DNA from: Cetorhinus maximus
Taxonomy: Eukaryota
Direction: 5' to 3'
DNA: 64,000 nucleotides
Assembly: GCF_964194155.1 (NCBI RefSeq)
Contig: NC_135886.1
Location: 44,578,001-44,642,000 of the forward strand
The position numbers and the translations under genes were made by a program. The notes beneath the pieces were generated by a model. That model made no database searches. It worked only from the letters and a program-made list of their open reading frames with translations, and was not told the DNA's origin. Every line of letters begins with the position of its first letter. Positions within the stretch are counted from its first letter, which is position 1. Below, piece after piece: positions 1 to 12,074 of the stretch.

Positions 1-329
1 AAGGAGCCCGAGCTGAGGCCCTTATTTCACTCGCAGGGAGGGAGAGAGAACCCAAGAAATAATGATCTGTGGGGCAGGGAGAGACAAGCAACAGGAAGAG
101 AAAGGTAACTTCAAGTTAAACAACTAGTGTGTGCAGAGTGATGCTTGGGTATCATAAATAAACTTTACAGGCAGAGCCTATTTTCAGACCCAATTGGATG
201 ATCCTTTGTTGTCTTAGGGAGAAAGAGATAGAGAAACAAAAAACAGCCACAGTGAGACCCTGAGCTTGTGAGCGGAACCAATGATTCATCATCAGGAGTG
301 AGTGCACAATATAACAATACAACAAAACC

Positions 330-630
330 AACTTGCATTTGTCTCAAACATTCAACATAATAAAATGCCTCAAGGCACTACAGAAGTGGGTTATTAATCA
401 AAATTTGACACTGAGTCATATAAGGGGATATTAAGACAGGTGACCAAATCTTGGTCAAGAGAAGAAGGTTTTAAGTAGAGTCTTAAAGGAGGAGAGTGAG
501 GTTGAGTGGCAGAGAGATATAGGAAGGGAATTCCAGAACTTAAGGCCTTTGGCGTCTTTGGCTGTCAATGATGATGCTGAAAATTGGGGATGCGCAGGAG
601 GCCAGAATTGGATGAGCGCCTGGATTTGGA
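330..630 (-). mobile_element. L2-type LINE 3' fragment
   Basis: Minus-strand translation FWNSLPISLCHSTSLSSFKTLLKTFF resembles the C-terminus of L2-clade ORF2. Boundaries approximate. Confidence 0.6.
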
Positions 631-1194
631 GGACTATGGTCCCACTGCACAAGGAAACTCTAACTTAACTAGGCCCTGCCCCAATTTCCAGCCATTGAAG
701 TGACAGTGGACAGCCACAGAGTAATTGGCTGCATAAGGAAATCATCCTCCTTCAAGGTTGCTTCCCTCTTCAGTCTGACCTACAATTACAGGGCCTCAGC
801 GGCTGGCCGATATACAATGACTATCTCCTATCCTACCAAGGGGGTGCCTTATTTAATCTACTTGTCACTGGGAATTCTGATGGAGCCAGTGCAGAGGAAG
901 TGTTGCTCCAGCATTGTTTTGATGGTGGAGTTGAGATCATGGATTCTTTAGGCCAGTGTTTAAAACATAATAATCACAAAGGATATCAACATACTTAACC
1001 ATAGATTGGTTATTTACATCACTAATCCCTGCAAGATGTTTTCTTTAGACAACATTGCCCCCTGTGTCTGGTCTGTGTCCTGTGGTTTCAGCTGAGGATT
1101 TTCAGCTGTTGAAAAAGGACTTAGGGAGGAAGCAGTGAAGAATATACACTTAATGGAGCTGCATCTTAAATAACCGCTGCAGATTTATGGAGGA

Positions 1195-1500
1195 GGCCTT
1201 GTAGCATAATGGGTAGTGTTCCTGCCTCAGAGCCAGAGCTCCAAATCTTGATGATCGAGGAAAGTGTGTTTATAACTTGGCCACACAGGTTGAGTATCAA
1301 CCTTCAAATCTTTCCAACACACCCTAACTATAGCTGGTAAGAGTGGGAGAGATTTCTGGTCAGTTATATGATAGAAAGGCTGAGTTATATCATAGAAGGA
1401 ACATTGCTATCCGCAGCTCCGAACTACGATATGCATGTAAAAGTGTATGTTGTCACCGCACCTTGGACTCCCTGAGTGAGCTGTAACACCCTGCCAGCAC
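1195..1500 (+). mobile_element. Degenerate tRNA-derived SINE
   Basis: Starts ggccttgtagcataatgggtagtg (A-box-like head); body decayed. Confidence 0.35.
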
Positions 1501-2019
1501 AGAGTCATGGCAGCAGCTTTTTAACTTACATTGGGGTTTGACAACCAGCTACAGAAAGATCCCCATTTTCATCTACCTGAATTTCAACAGGAAGAGGAAT
1601 CTAGTGGTTCCTATAACAGACAGCTGATCAACAATAACAGTCTCATGCCCTGGGAAAAAGTTAAAACCTACTCTGGTAAATAAAAACGTTTTGTAACTAA
1701 TTGGGAACATGTGTTCTAGATTGGGGAATGATTGAAAAGTTAGTTGCATTTTCATGCCAATTATAAACTTAAACACTTACTTGAAACAGCTTTCTCTGAA
1801 AATAGCCTGAGTCATACAGATTCCAAAACAGACTTCTGGAGATTTCTTGCACCACATCATAGTGGCCCAAATCTTCTGGTCCCCAGATCGTGGGAGACTG
1901 GATGTATGACCCAAGGTGCACGTCGGGGTCCTGTGGAAGTCCTGATGCTCTGACCAACTGGGAAGTTTCAACTTCTGATGGATAATTCTCCTGCTCCCTG
2001 GAACCCCCTGTGAATCTCC

Positions 2020-2628
2020 GGGCAGAATGTTACGCTCGTTGGGCGGGCATGCGCAACATCTGAATGAGCATAAAATGACGGGTGATGACGTCTGCCGAGC
2101 GTCCCAACATCATCGCGCACTCGTGTGATATTTCGGTTGGCGGGTGTGCCCGCCGACAATTAAGTGGCCTATTAAGGCCCTTAATGTAGTAATCGATTCA
2201 AATTTTTCACTGCCTATCCAGCCATTCGCTTGGCGGGCGGGTGAAAAGGCCAAGTGGCCTTTGCATTTTTGGCGAAACCTCACCCATGGGTAGGATGAGG
2301 GTTCCACCAGTGATTGAAAAAATAAGAAACCTTTTTGCACTCATCTCTAACATGTCCCTGCTCATGTGGCAGAGGTTTTTTTTAAACATTTTTAATATCT
2401 TTATTTTTTATTTGGAAAATCTTCAGCTCCCTGAGGCAGCTCTATGCCTCAGGGAGCTTTTAATGCATACACCCCCGCGTATGCACACAAACCTCCGTGC
2501 TCGGGCTCCTCCCACCCCCACCCCGGCAGCGCTGAGCGTGTTTCATGCTGGCCGTCCATTAATTGGCCAGCCAGCATGGAATCCATGTCAGGGGCCCGAT
2601 CACGGGTGGCGAGGGCAAAATTCTGCCC
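2020..2628. mobile_element. Harbinger-derived MITE (non-autonomous)
   Basis: TIRs GGGCAGAATGTT (2020) and AAAATTCTGCCC (ends 2628). CpG-rich interior matches the subterminal region of the element at 25374-30754. No clean TSD. Confidence 0.75.
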
Positions 2629-2869
2629 TTTGACTCTGAATTAGAATCGGAGATTCTGGACAGTTCCTCAGTATTTGCCTGACTAGTTACCCAGGAAATG
2701 TTAGACAAAGTAAAACCTAGCCGAACTTGTGGGTCACTACAGAACTGATCTCTAATCACTCATACCGATCCCACCAACTACCCCCTCAACTACCTGATTA
2801 CTCCCCTGACCCCCCGGCTACCCCAAATCCACCACTACCTCCAAACCAATTACCACTTCACCAACCTGC

Positions 2870-3610
2870 CACCTCAGTAACCTGCCACCTCACCCACCTG
2901 CTGCTTCACCTACTTACCACCTTACCGACCTACCACCTCACCCACCTGCCCGCCTCACCCACCTACCCGCCTCACCCACCTACCCGCCTCACCCACCTAC
3001 CCGCCTCACCCACCTACCCGCCTCACCCACCTACCCGCCTCACCCACCTACCCGCCTCACCCACCTGTCACCTCATCCAACAACCACCTTACCCACCTGC
3101 CACCTCACCCACCTGCCACCTCACCCACCTGCCACCTCACCCACCTGCCACCTCACCCAACAACCACCTCACCCAACAACCACCTCACCCAACAACCACC
3201 TCATCCAACAACCACCTCACCTACCTGCCACCTCACCTACCTGCCACCTCACCCAACAACCACCTCACCTACCTGCCACCTCACCCACCTGCCACCTCAC
3301 CTACCTGCCACCTCACCTACCTGCCACCTCACCTACCTGCCACTTCACCTACCTGCCTGCCTCACCCACCTGCCACCTCACCCACCTGCCACATCACCTA
3401 CCTGCCACCTCACCCACCTGCCACCTCACCCACCTGCCGCTTCACCCACCTGCCACCTCACCCACCTACCTGCCTCACCCACCTACCTGCCTCACCCACC
3501 TACCTGCCTCACCCACCTACCCGCCTCACCCACCTACCCGCCTCACCCACCTGCCACCTCACCCACCTGTCATGTCACCCACCCTACCCACTTACCCACT
3601 TACCACACCC
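2870..3610. repeat. C-rich 16-17 bp minisatellite
   Basis: Tandem units CACCTGCCACCTCACC, CTCACCCACCTACCCGC and CAACAACCACCTCACC; explains the Pro/His/Thr ORF 2727..3617. Confidence 0.95.
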
Positions 3611-3904
3611 ACCCTAACCTGCTACCCATTCACTCATTCATCCATTCCTTCTTTACTTACATTCAAGCTGGACATTTAAACCTACCATACAACAGCTAGT
3701 ACTGTAAAAAAGGGGGCATGTTCTGTCTCCCTCCGACTCTACTCACCTGCGTCAGAGCTCTCCAAGGGACACTGCGCTCTGCATTTCTGGGGAAGCTGAG
3801 CTTGGAAGGTCCCGTAAGAAATGCGGAGCAGTGTCAGGTCGGGCGACTGTTGAAGTGGAGGGGCAATCTGATGATGATCGTCGCTCTGTGGAAGATCCGG
3901 GCCA

Positions 3905-4280
3905 TTGTTTAATAATAATGAAGGGCTCTGATATCATAGATAGGGAGAAACTGTTTCTCACTGGTAGGAGTGTTGATAACTGGAGGATACAGATTTACAG
4001 TAATTGGTAAAAAAACAAAGGGAGGTGGGGAGAAATGTTTTTATGGAATCAATTGTTATGATCCGGAAAGCACTGCTTGAGAAGTAACTTCGACATGAAC
4101 TTTCCAAATGGAATTGGATAAATACTTTTAAGGGAGAAATTTGCAGGGCTATGGGGAAAGTGCAGGGTAATAGGGCTAAATGGATAGCTTTTTCAAAGAG
4201 CTGGCATATGCATGATGGACTGAATGGTCTCCCTCTGTGCTGTATCATTCTGTGATTCTATGATGATTCTGTGGTTCTAT
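3905..4280 (+). mobile_element. CR1 LINE 3' fragment
   Basis: Decayed CR1 ORF2 C-terminus and 3' UTR ending in an (ATTCTRTG)n tail at about 4246-4280. Confidence 0.8.
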
Positions 4281-4712
4281 TACAATTGATTCCTCCATTC
4301 TGTATCCTAGTAGTTTGGTATCTACCTTAAAACTTCATCCTGGATCCTGGAGTCTTTCACTGTAACCATGAATTACCTATGAGGTTCTTTCTGAAAGGCA
4401 AATTATATAATATCCCCAACCTTAAACTCATTCATTAGCTCAGATATAGTCAAATGATTTCAAGGATTTCGTTATAAGCATGATCTCAGAAATCCATGTT
4501 ACTTTAATTTATTGCCTTAGATGTTAAATATGCTTAAGGCACATTATTTACAGGATACTCCAGTGTCTGTTATACTGCAGATGTCGAGTTAATTCCGAGT
4601 TTTGTCAAAAACAATGATAGTTATTTCCCACTCCTCTTGTGTCACCCTTTGTCCATGGGTCTCACAGTATTTCCATCCTTCTATGCTTATTTTTAAAACA
4701 CTCTAAAGCCCA

Positions 4713-5249
4713 GGGCCGGAATTTTGCGTCCCGAAGTCGGGTGTGCGCCTGACCCAAACGGGCGTAAGATTGCACGAGATGACATCGGGTGAGTGTCCCA
4801 ACGTCTTCACGCACTTGCATGACATTTCACTCTGCGGGCGCACGTGGCAGTCGGAGGTGCGCCCGCTGACAATTAAACGGGCAACTAAGCCCATTAAGGA
4901 GTCAATTAAAGCAATATTCCATGGCCTAGCCAATGTTACGGTTGGCGGACGGGCCAATCGGCCAGGCGGGCTTTACATTTTTGCTCAAATCTCACCCGAG
5001 GGCGAGATTGAAATCTTCGTCCGGATTTAAAGTAAAAAGAGATATCAGCTGTCTGCCTTTAGGGAGCTCAGTGGAAGCGCTCACCAGCACCCGCGGTGAT
5101 ATCGGCACCTGCCCTCTTTCCACTGCCTTTCTCCGGGCGCGTTAATTGGCCAGCCAGCGTAAGACCGTGTTCATAGCGCAATCTTGGCCAGAAGCAGGTT
5201 CTCCGGCCATGCAGACCTTGCGTGCATCCCAAGGGTAAAATTCAGGCCC
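4713..5249. mobile_element. Harbinger-derived MITE
   Basis: TIRs GGGCCGGAATTTT and AAAATTCAGGCCC; similar to 9804-10463 in reverse orientation. Confidence 0.75.
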
Positions 5250-5590
5250 TAGTGCTTTAACATCATTACAAGGTCGTAAGTAAGCTGAGGAAGGTCAATG
5301 CTCCCCACCCTAGCTCATTCATGCAAAACAAGAGCTAATTATATCATTCCAGTGGGAAGCTGCAGTGACAGGGAGTGCAGGCTGGAGATTCAGGATTAAG
5401 ATGTTGAAGCATTTGTTCTCATTAACCGCATTCCCTCCGCCCCGTCCCCTCTAACCCTTCTCCCTGCACAAGTGCTAGAGCATGGGACTGTGGGAATAGT
5501 CACTTGTTCTCCCATAAAAGCTTCCAGCTGCTTCTGAAATGTTTCCCAGGTTTCAAACTCACCCTTCTCTTAATGGCCATGAATGACAAT

Positions 5591-5748
5591 GGGCCTAATG
5601 AGTGGCTGGGGCAGAGTGGCTGGACCCAGTGAGAGCCTGGGCCTAATGAGTGGCTGGGCCCAGTGAGAGCCTGGGCCTCGTGAGTGGCTGGGCCTAATGA
5701 GTGGCTGGACCCAGTGAGGGCCTGGGCCTCGTGAGTGGCTGGGCCTAA
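5591..5748. repeat. 17-bp minisatellite (about 9-10 units)
   Basis: Alternating variants GGGCCTAATGAGTGGCT, GGACCCAGTGAGAGCCT and GGGCCTCGTGAGTGGCT. Confidence 0.9.
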
Positions 5749-7819
5749 GCTGCCAACTATTTATTTGCTCATTACATCTTTTATATTTTATGCAATCTTT
5801 TAGAAACTTCTGTCACCTATGGTGAATGGGGTTGTCAAAGAAAATATTTAAAGGTTTTACAGTACTGCAACCTTCCACACTACCTCAACTCTCTCATTCT
5901 TCAAGGATCCCAACCGTCCTTTAATATTCAAATGGCTGTGAAAACTCCCTGAGAGTCCATTTCATTTCTTTTCACTGCCATTATCCTATTCCCATGTCCT
6001 CTTTCTAAAGACCGGATGTCCTTCTAGGGTCTTCTACTTTGTCTGTATATATTTCTGATCATCCTCTGCTGTTTTTTAGTGTATCTATGTATAGACTTCA
6101 CAAGAAGGTTTTAACTTAACCTTTGGAAAACTGACAGGATTGAGTGTAACACTGGTTTAACACTCTGCTTGATTTTATTCTGCTTTGAAATCAGCGGGGA
6201 GAGTATTGGGCAGGTGTAAAACTGGCACTATACCCGATCCCATGGATTTCCCACCTGGTGAGCTCGGTTAAAATTATCCATGTACATTTAACTGGGTGAG
6301 TGGGGAAATAGACGAGGGTTTTGGCTGAATGCAAATAATATGCGTTCTGTTTTCAATTTCTCTAACTGGAGAAAGGTGTGCTGCATTCTTTTCTGTTAAT
6401 AAGTCAGCCACAGTGGACCCCAAGGGCTGAGGCTCACTTCTGTAAAGCAGCTTGAGTATATCTGCGATTAATTGCTTGGCAGGCAGGTGCGCCTGGGTCA
6501 ATGCCAGAGGTCGATTCATTCACGCAGCTTACTGTAACTGGACCTGCTCTTAACAGTAAATACAGGAGTGGAGATAGGAGAATAGAATGAGCTCATAGGT
6601 AAACAGCTTGGGAGCTCGTTTCCAGCATTGCTTCACATGAGTTCGCCCACATTAAATATATTTGTTCATTTCATAAGCTATTTATTGGAGGTCTGTTGCT
6701 CCTTTAAAACTGGGTTTGATCAATGAGGCGGCATTAAGTATTCAAATAATGTGAATGTCATTGTGGGGATTTGGACAATTAAAATATTACTTACCTTGCA
6801 TGGCACACAATGGCATTGAGATGAAAGTCCTTTTTCCTTCTTTTCTCTTCTTTTCGTGAGGAGTTTTGCCAAAAGGAGATAAGTTCATGGGGAATGAAGA
6901 TTTTTCATTTAGGGCTACTCAGTTTCAGCTTCAAATGCTTCCAGCCAATTGTTAGATGCAGATTAAAGTTTCCTCTTTTCTGACCTAACCTCCAATATGC
7001 ATCCAGCAACAATCTGACCATTTCTATTTGATGCCAATTCAATGCCAATTAACACTGAACCAGAGTGGATGTTTTCTCAATGAGGCCTAAACTCCAAAAG
7101 GAATGGGATTGAGACTGACTATAATCCATTACTTTGAAGAGTGCCACTCATGTGTTTCACTGAGCCACTCAGTACTGATAAACTGATGGTAGTTCCTCAT
7201 CTGGAGTTGCCGTATTGAGTGCAGTTGATGCGACCATCGTTCAGAGAATTGCAGTTCCCACTGAATCATGTGGAATTCCTTTTCTTGAAAATTAAGAAAG
7301 TTACACCAAGGGTTAAAGGTCATCATAGGTCTTTCTGCCTAGATTACAAGTGAAGAGCAGAAGTGGTAAATCAAAAATTCAACAATGCAGAGCTTGGTTA
7401 TTAAAAGCAGGAGATTACAGGGGAAGACTGGGTGGTGGAACCTGGTTCAGGAGGGCATGACGGGGGTGCTAGGGGAGTATCTTGGGGGCCACCCGTTGGG
7501 CAGAGAGGCACTGCCCCACCCCCAGCCCAAAGAAAGGTCATGATCTTTCACCTGGCTATGTGGCCTGGGCCTTTCCTGCTGCTAGTAAAACACCAGAGAT
7601 GGCAGGAGGATGTCCTTAAGTGGCCATTAATCGGACACTTATGGGCCTTGCTTGGCCCACGGGTGAGCAGATCTGCCCAATCCCTCACCACCACCACCAA
7701 CATCACCCCTCCCCCATCACTGCTACTGGGGCTTCCATGTTTGCCACTGCCTTCAGCTATCCTCCAGAAAGCACAATGGGGTTTCCTTTGGAATTGACAT
7801 TTTTTTTCTTAAGTAAGGC

Positions 7820-8080
7820 AACCTTGTGGTTATGATACTGGCCTAATAATCCAGAGGTTGTGAGTTCAGTGTTCATCATAATCAATTTGAATGACACGAG
7901 AACAGATGAGTGTGAAGGCTGATCGATTGTTGTTAAAAATCTATGAATTTTTAACACTTTCTAATTTCTAATCATTAACATCTTCCACTCCTACCTGCTC
8001 TGGCTTATATGTGACTCCAGTCCTACACTATATGGTTGACTCTTACCCTTTATGAAGTGGCCTAGCCAGTGACTCAGTTT
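7820..8080 (+). mobile_element. tRNA-derived SINE (family A), degenerate
   Basis: Shares gattgttgttaaaa...tgtgactccag...ggttgactctta with the copies at 15355 and 37335. Confidence 0.6.
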
Positions 8081-8371
8081 TAAAGCTAGTGTATAGAACA
8101 AGGATTAAAAAATCTTGAGCACTCTATTGATGAGAGGTAGAACACTGCAGTTTAGCTAATCTCAAAGCAGAGCAGAAATAAGGGTCCAATGATTGATCTG
8201 TTTCTCTGGTACTACAGTTCATAATTCCAAATTTTACATTGGCCTCAAATCATCCCAGACTGAATTTTCAACATCTAAAATGCATAAATTATGTTTCAGT
8301 GCTGACGATGTTGTACTGAATGTTGATGTTAAAGTCAATTTTTAAAAAATGTGGTGTTTTTGGAAGAAATG

Positions 8372-8690
8372 AAAGACTTGTATTTACATAGCATCTTTCC
8401 GAGCCTCAGAATGTCCCAAAGTGCTTGGCAGCCAATGAAGAAGTTTTGAAGCGTAATTGCTTTTAGAATGCGGGAAACACAGCCGCCAATTGTTCATGGC
8501 CAAAGACAGCAATGCAATAATGATCAGATTATATGTTCATAGGTGTTGATTAAAGGATATAATGGCCAAGACACTGGACAGAGCTCCACTCCTCTTCTTT
8601 AAATAGTACCAGGGATCTTTTACATCCACCTGAGCGGGTAGAAGTTAAACCTCAGTTTAACTCCCCATCCAAAGTCAAGGTGCTGATTGA
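8372..8690 (-). mobile_element. DeuSINE (SacSINE1-like), partial
   Basis: Reverse strand carries the Deu-domain-like tcaggtggatgtaaaagatccc and an L2-like tail. Confidence 0.65.
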
Positions 8691-9399
8691 TGCTGCGATT
8701 TATTTTGATGTGTACCAATAGTCCTTCAGCACCTTCCCCAGGTGGTTGCCCTTGACCTGTCAGCCTACACAAGTGTTGATAGCCATTGGACAACGTCCAT
8801 CTTACTCAACCCTGATTCTGGCCCTGAATTTATGCAGGGGTTGATTTCCTGCTATAATGTTGGAGGAGAATTGATGTGGCCCTGCCCACCCCTCCCGCCT
8901 CCCCCAACCCCTGAGAAACAATGGAAATGGACATTTTTAGGTGAGTGTTTGGGTGTTCTGTTGACCTCCTGCTAAGGTGACGGTTGGAGATTGTGATGAT
9001 TCTTTCAGAAACTCAGAGGCTCTGTTTTCACCCACTATCCATCCACACACACACACACATCATGGTTTACCTGGTGGTCCCCTCTTGTGGCGGGGATCTG
9101 TTAGCGGGGAGCGGGAAGTGGTCCTTAGTTGGCCAGTTCCTCCGACACCTTCCACCACCATTTTATGAGCCCTGCCGCCTCTCAGCTAGTCTCCAGAGGA
9201 CTGGTAAAATCTAGTTAGGCCACGAACTCTGTCTCTGCAGGTACTAGCTGAGTATTTTCACTATTTTGTGGTTTCATTTCAGATTTGCAGCATCTGCAGA
9301 ATTTTGCCTTGGCCCATTCCTGCCCCATGTGAGATTAATGAACTGAGCACAAATAAGATTTAAAACCTGGGGTCTGATTTGTTCAATTTGTTCAATTTG

Positions 9400-10745
9400 T
9401 GTATATGACCATCAGGAGACCTTGGTGTTCGTATACAGAAATCCTTAAAAGTGGCAGAGGATGTTGATAAAGTGGTTAAAAAAAACAAATAGAGGTTTAT
9501 AAATAGAGAAATAGAAAATGAAAGCAAAAAGACTCTACTAAGCATAAATTACTGGTTAGGTCTCAATTGAGCATTGTGGACAAATCTGGGCACTACATTT
9601 CAGGAAAGACATAAATGCATTAGAAAGACAAAGAGAAGGCTTTGTTAGGAAGGAAGAATTTCAGTTTTAAGGAGAGGTTGGAACAGGTCAGGCTGTTCTC
9701 CTTGGAACAGAGAAGGTTGAGAGGAGACCTAATGGAGGTTTTCAAGACCATGAGAGTAGATTGAGAAAAGCTATTCCCTCCCAGCAAGTGATTCATCAAC
9801 CAAGGCCTGAATTTTACCCTTGGGGTGCGCCCGTGGTCAGTGTGGCAGGAAGCAAACTTAAAACCTGCTCCCGGCCGAGATCGCGCAGTGAACGCAATCT
9901 TACGCTGGCTGGTCAATTAACGGCCAGCTAGTGTGAAACACGCCCGGGGAAAGGCTCAGCACTGCTGGTGGGGACGGGAGGAGGGCAGGTGCTGATGTCA
10001 CTAGGGGCGTGGGTGAGTGCTTCCACTGAGCTCCCTGAAGGCAGACAGATGGCTCAGGGAGCTACAGACCTCCAAAGATTAAAATAAAGCACAAAACTGC
10101 TGCAAAAAATGTTCATGCAGCGCAATCAAGCACCTGAAAGCAGACCTCATTAAAAAAAGTCCATATTTCTTCTTATTTTATTTTAATTCCTAACAAAGAT
10201 TTCATCCCGACCTTGGATAAGGTTTAATCAAAAATGTAAAGCCCGCCTGGCTGTTTGGCCTGTCTGCTACCATTGGGCCATTAATGGGCTTAATTGCCCA
10301 CTTAATTGTCGGCAGGCACGCTTCCGACTTATGTGCGCGCTCACCAAGCGAAATAGCGCATGAGTGTGTAATACCTCAGGGCGCTCACCTGATGTCATCT
10401 CGTGCAATCTTACACCCGTTCGGGTCGGTCACATGCCCGACCTCGGAATGCAAAATTCTGGTCCAAGAGATCATAGATTCAAAATCTTTGGCAAAAGATC
10501 TAGAGGAAAAATGAGGAGAAATTGTTTCACTCAGAGAGTTGTCATCGCCTGGAACGCTGATTCCATAAATGATTTTAAAAGGGATTAGGACAGCCACACG
10601 TGGATGAGAAACCTACAGGGTTATCGACAAAAAGCAAGGATGTGGGACCAAGCATAACTGTTCTTTCAAAGAGCTAGTACATGAATAATGAGTCAAATGG
10701 CCTCCTTCTGTTCTGTAAGTGTCTATAATCCCAAGATTCTATGGT
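9400..10745 (+). mobile_element. CR1 LINE 3' fragment interrupted by a MITE
   Basis: CR1 C-terminal motifs ([13 protein letters not shown]; RDHRFKIFGKRSRGKMRRNCFTQRVV) on both sides of 9804-10463. Confidence 0.8.
9804..10463. mobile_element. Harbinger-derived MITE with 3-bp TSD
   Basis: TIRs GGCCTGAATTTT and AAAATTCTGGTC; CAA on both flanks (9801-9803, 10464-10466). Removing it rejoins the CR1 sequence. Confidence 0.8.
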
Positions 10746-10865
10746 ATGAAAGACTTTTTAGTTAGAGGACCTCATCTGGATAACACACTTAGATGCAATG
10801 GGCTAAGAGTTCTGGATGAAGTCCATACTCTTGTCTTTAGTCTTGGTTGCAGCCCATCTGGAAGA

Positions 10866-11131
10866 TGATGTAGTATTAGGGTGTTCGGGACTGTAAGGGT
10901 TAATGCAGGACTGGGGAAACTGTACCACCCACATTATGATCATTATGATGTAGAGCCACATGAAACTATTAGTAATAGTGAACCTGGTTCAAGTTGGCAT
11001 GAAAGTAGCACCTTGACAGGATTATATCCTGCGTATATGTATGTAGTTATGTGTTATTAATAAACAGTTATTGTTCAACCATACAAGCCTTTAGACCGCT
11101 TCATGTGACCGCTTCATACAACCTTATAACA
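10866..11131 (+). mobile_element. Solo LTR
   Basis: TG...CA ends, internal AATAAA, flanks GAAGA/GAAGG (5-bp TSD with one mismatch). Confidence 0.55.
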
Positions 11132-11214
11132 GAAGGTAATCCAAAGATAAAAACCATGAAGAAGTCACAAACAAACCACCTCAGCTACTCTTTCCCAGTA
11201 TGTGTCTCAAGAAT

Positions 11215-11585
11215 CTTATATCTGAAGGACTAGAATACAAGGGAGCAAAAGCCATGCTTCACCTATACAAAGTCCTGGTTAGACCATGCCTGGAGTATTG
11301 TAAGCAATTCTAGGCTCCACAACTTAAGAACGATATTAACCTCAGAGGGAGTGCAAAAATTAGAGCTCGATCTTTCAGGATTGAAATTAGGAAACACTTC
11401 TATGCACAAAGAGCATTAGACCAATGGTTAAATGAAAAACTGAGATTGATGGATTTTTTTTTTTTGCTAATCAAAGATATTAAGGGATATGGGTATATGG
11501 AGTTAGGTTGCAGGTCAGCCATGATCTCACTGAATGGCAGAATAGGCTTGAGGAGCCAAACGTTCCTATGTTCAATGTTCATGTG
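11215..11585 (+). mobile_element. CR1 LINE 3' fragments
   Basis: GLEYK...LYKVLVRPCLEYC motif followed by CR1 3' UTR (cagccatgatctcactgaatggc). Confidence 0.75.
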
Positions 11586-12074
11586 TGAGACTTTGAGTTA
11601 GGACCTCTTCCTAAGGCAGAACATACAGATAGACCTGCTTGAAAAGTGAGAAAAGTTACCATAGCTGCTACAATCTATAGGAAATTCTATTCCAATAATA
11701 GTTCCCGGCTGTCTGCATTTTGCTGATAGCTCAGCAATGATGACTTATTCTTAGCAGAAAATCAGCTTATCCACTGCTTTGTACCTTTTATTTGTTTAAA
11801 AAAGATCCATCAATATCCACTCGGTGATCTGGTCATTTTTGCAGCTTCAAGCAGTGAAAAAATGAAGACTAAACATAGATCTGAATGCCAATTAGGGAAA
11901 GACTGTCACAATACCATGTGGTGGGTTGGCATTGTCCATGGAGTAGATATATATGCTAATGACAAGGTTTGGAACTGGAGTCAACAGCGAGGAGGATAGA
12001 GGCAAACTTCAAGTTGACATATGCAGGCTGGTGAAATGGCTGGCACATGGCAAATCTCTCCTGATTTCAATTTC

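Noticed and set aside
2727-3617. 296-aa Pro/His/Thr-rich ORF (extensin/mucin-like)
   Set aside because: Artefact of the C-rich minisatellite, which lacks stop codons.
5591-5748. Possible CRISPR-like array
   Set aside because: No unique spacers, all units homologous, no cas genes, eukaryotic context.
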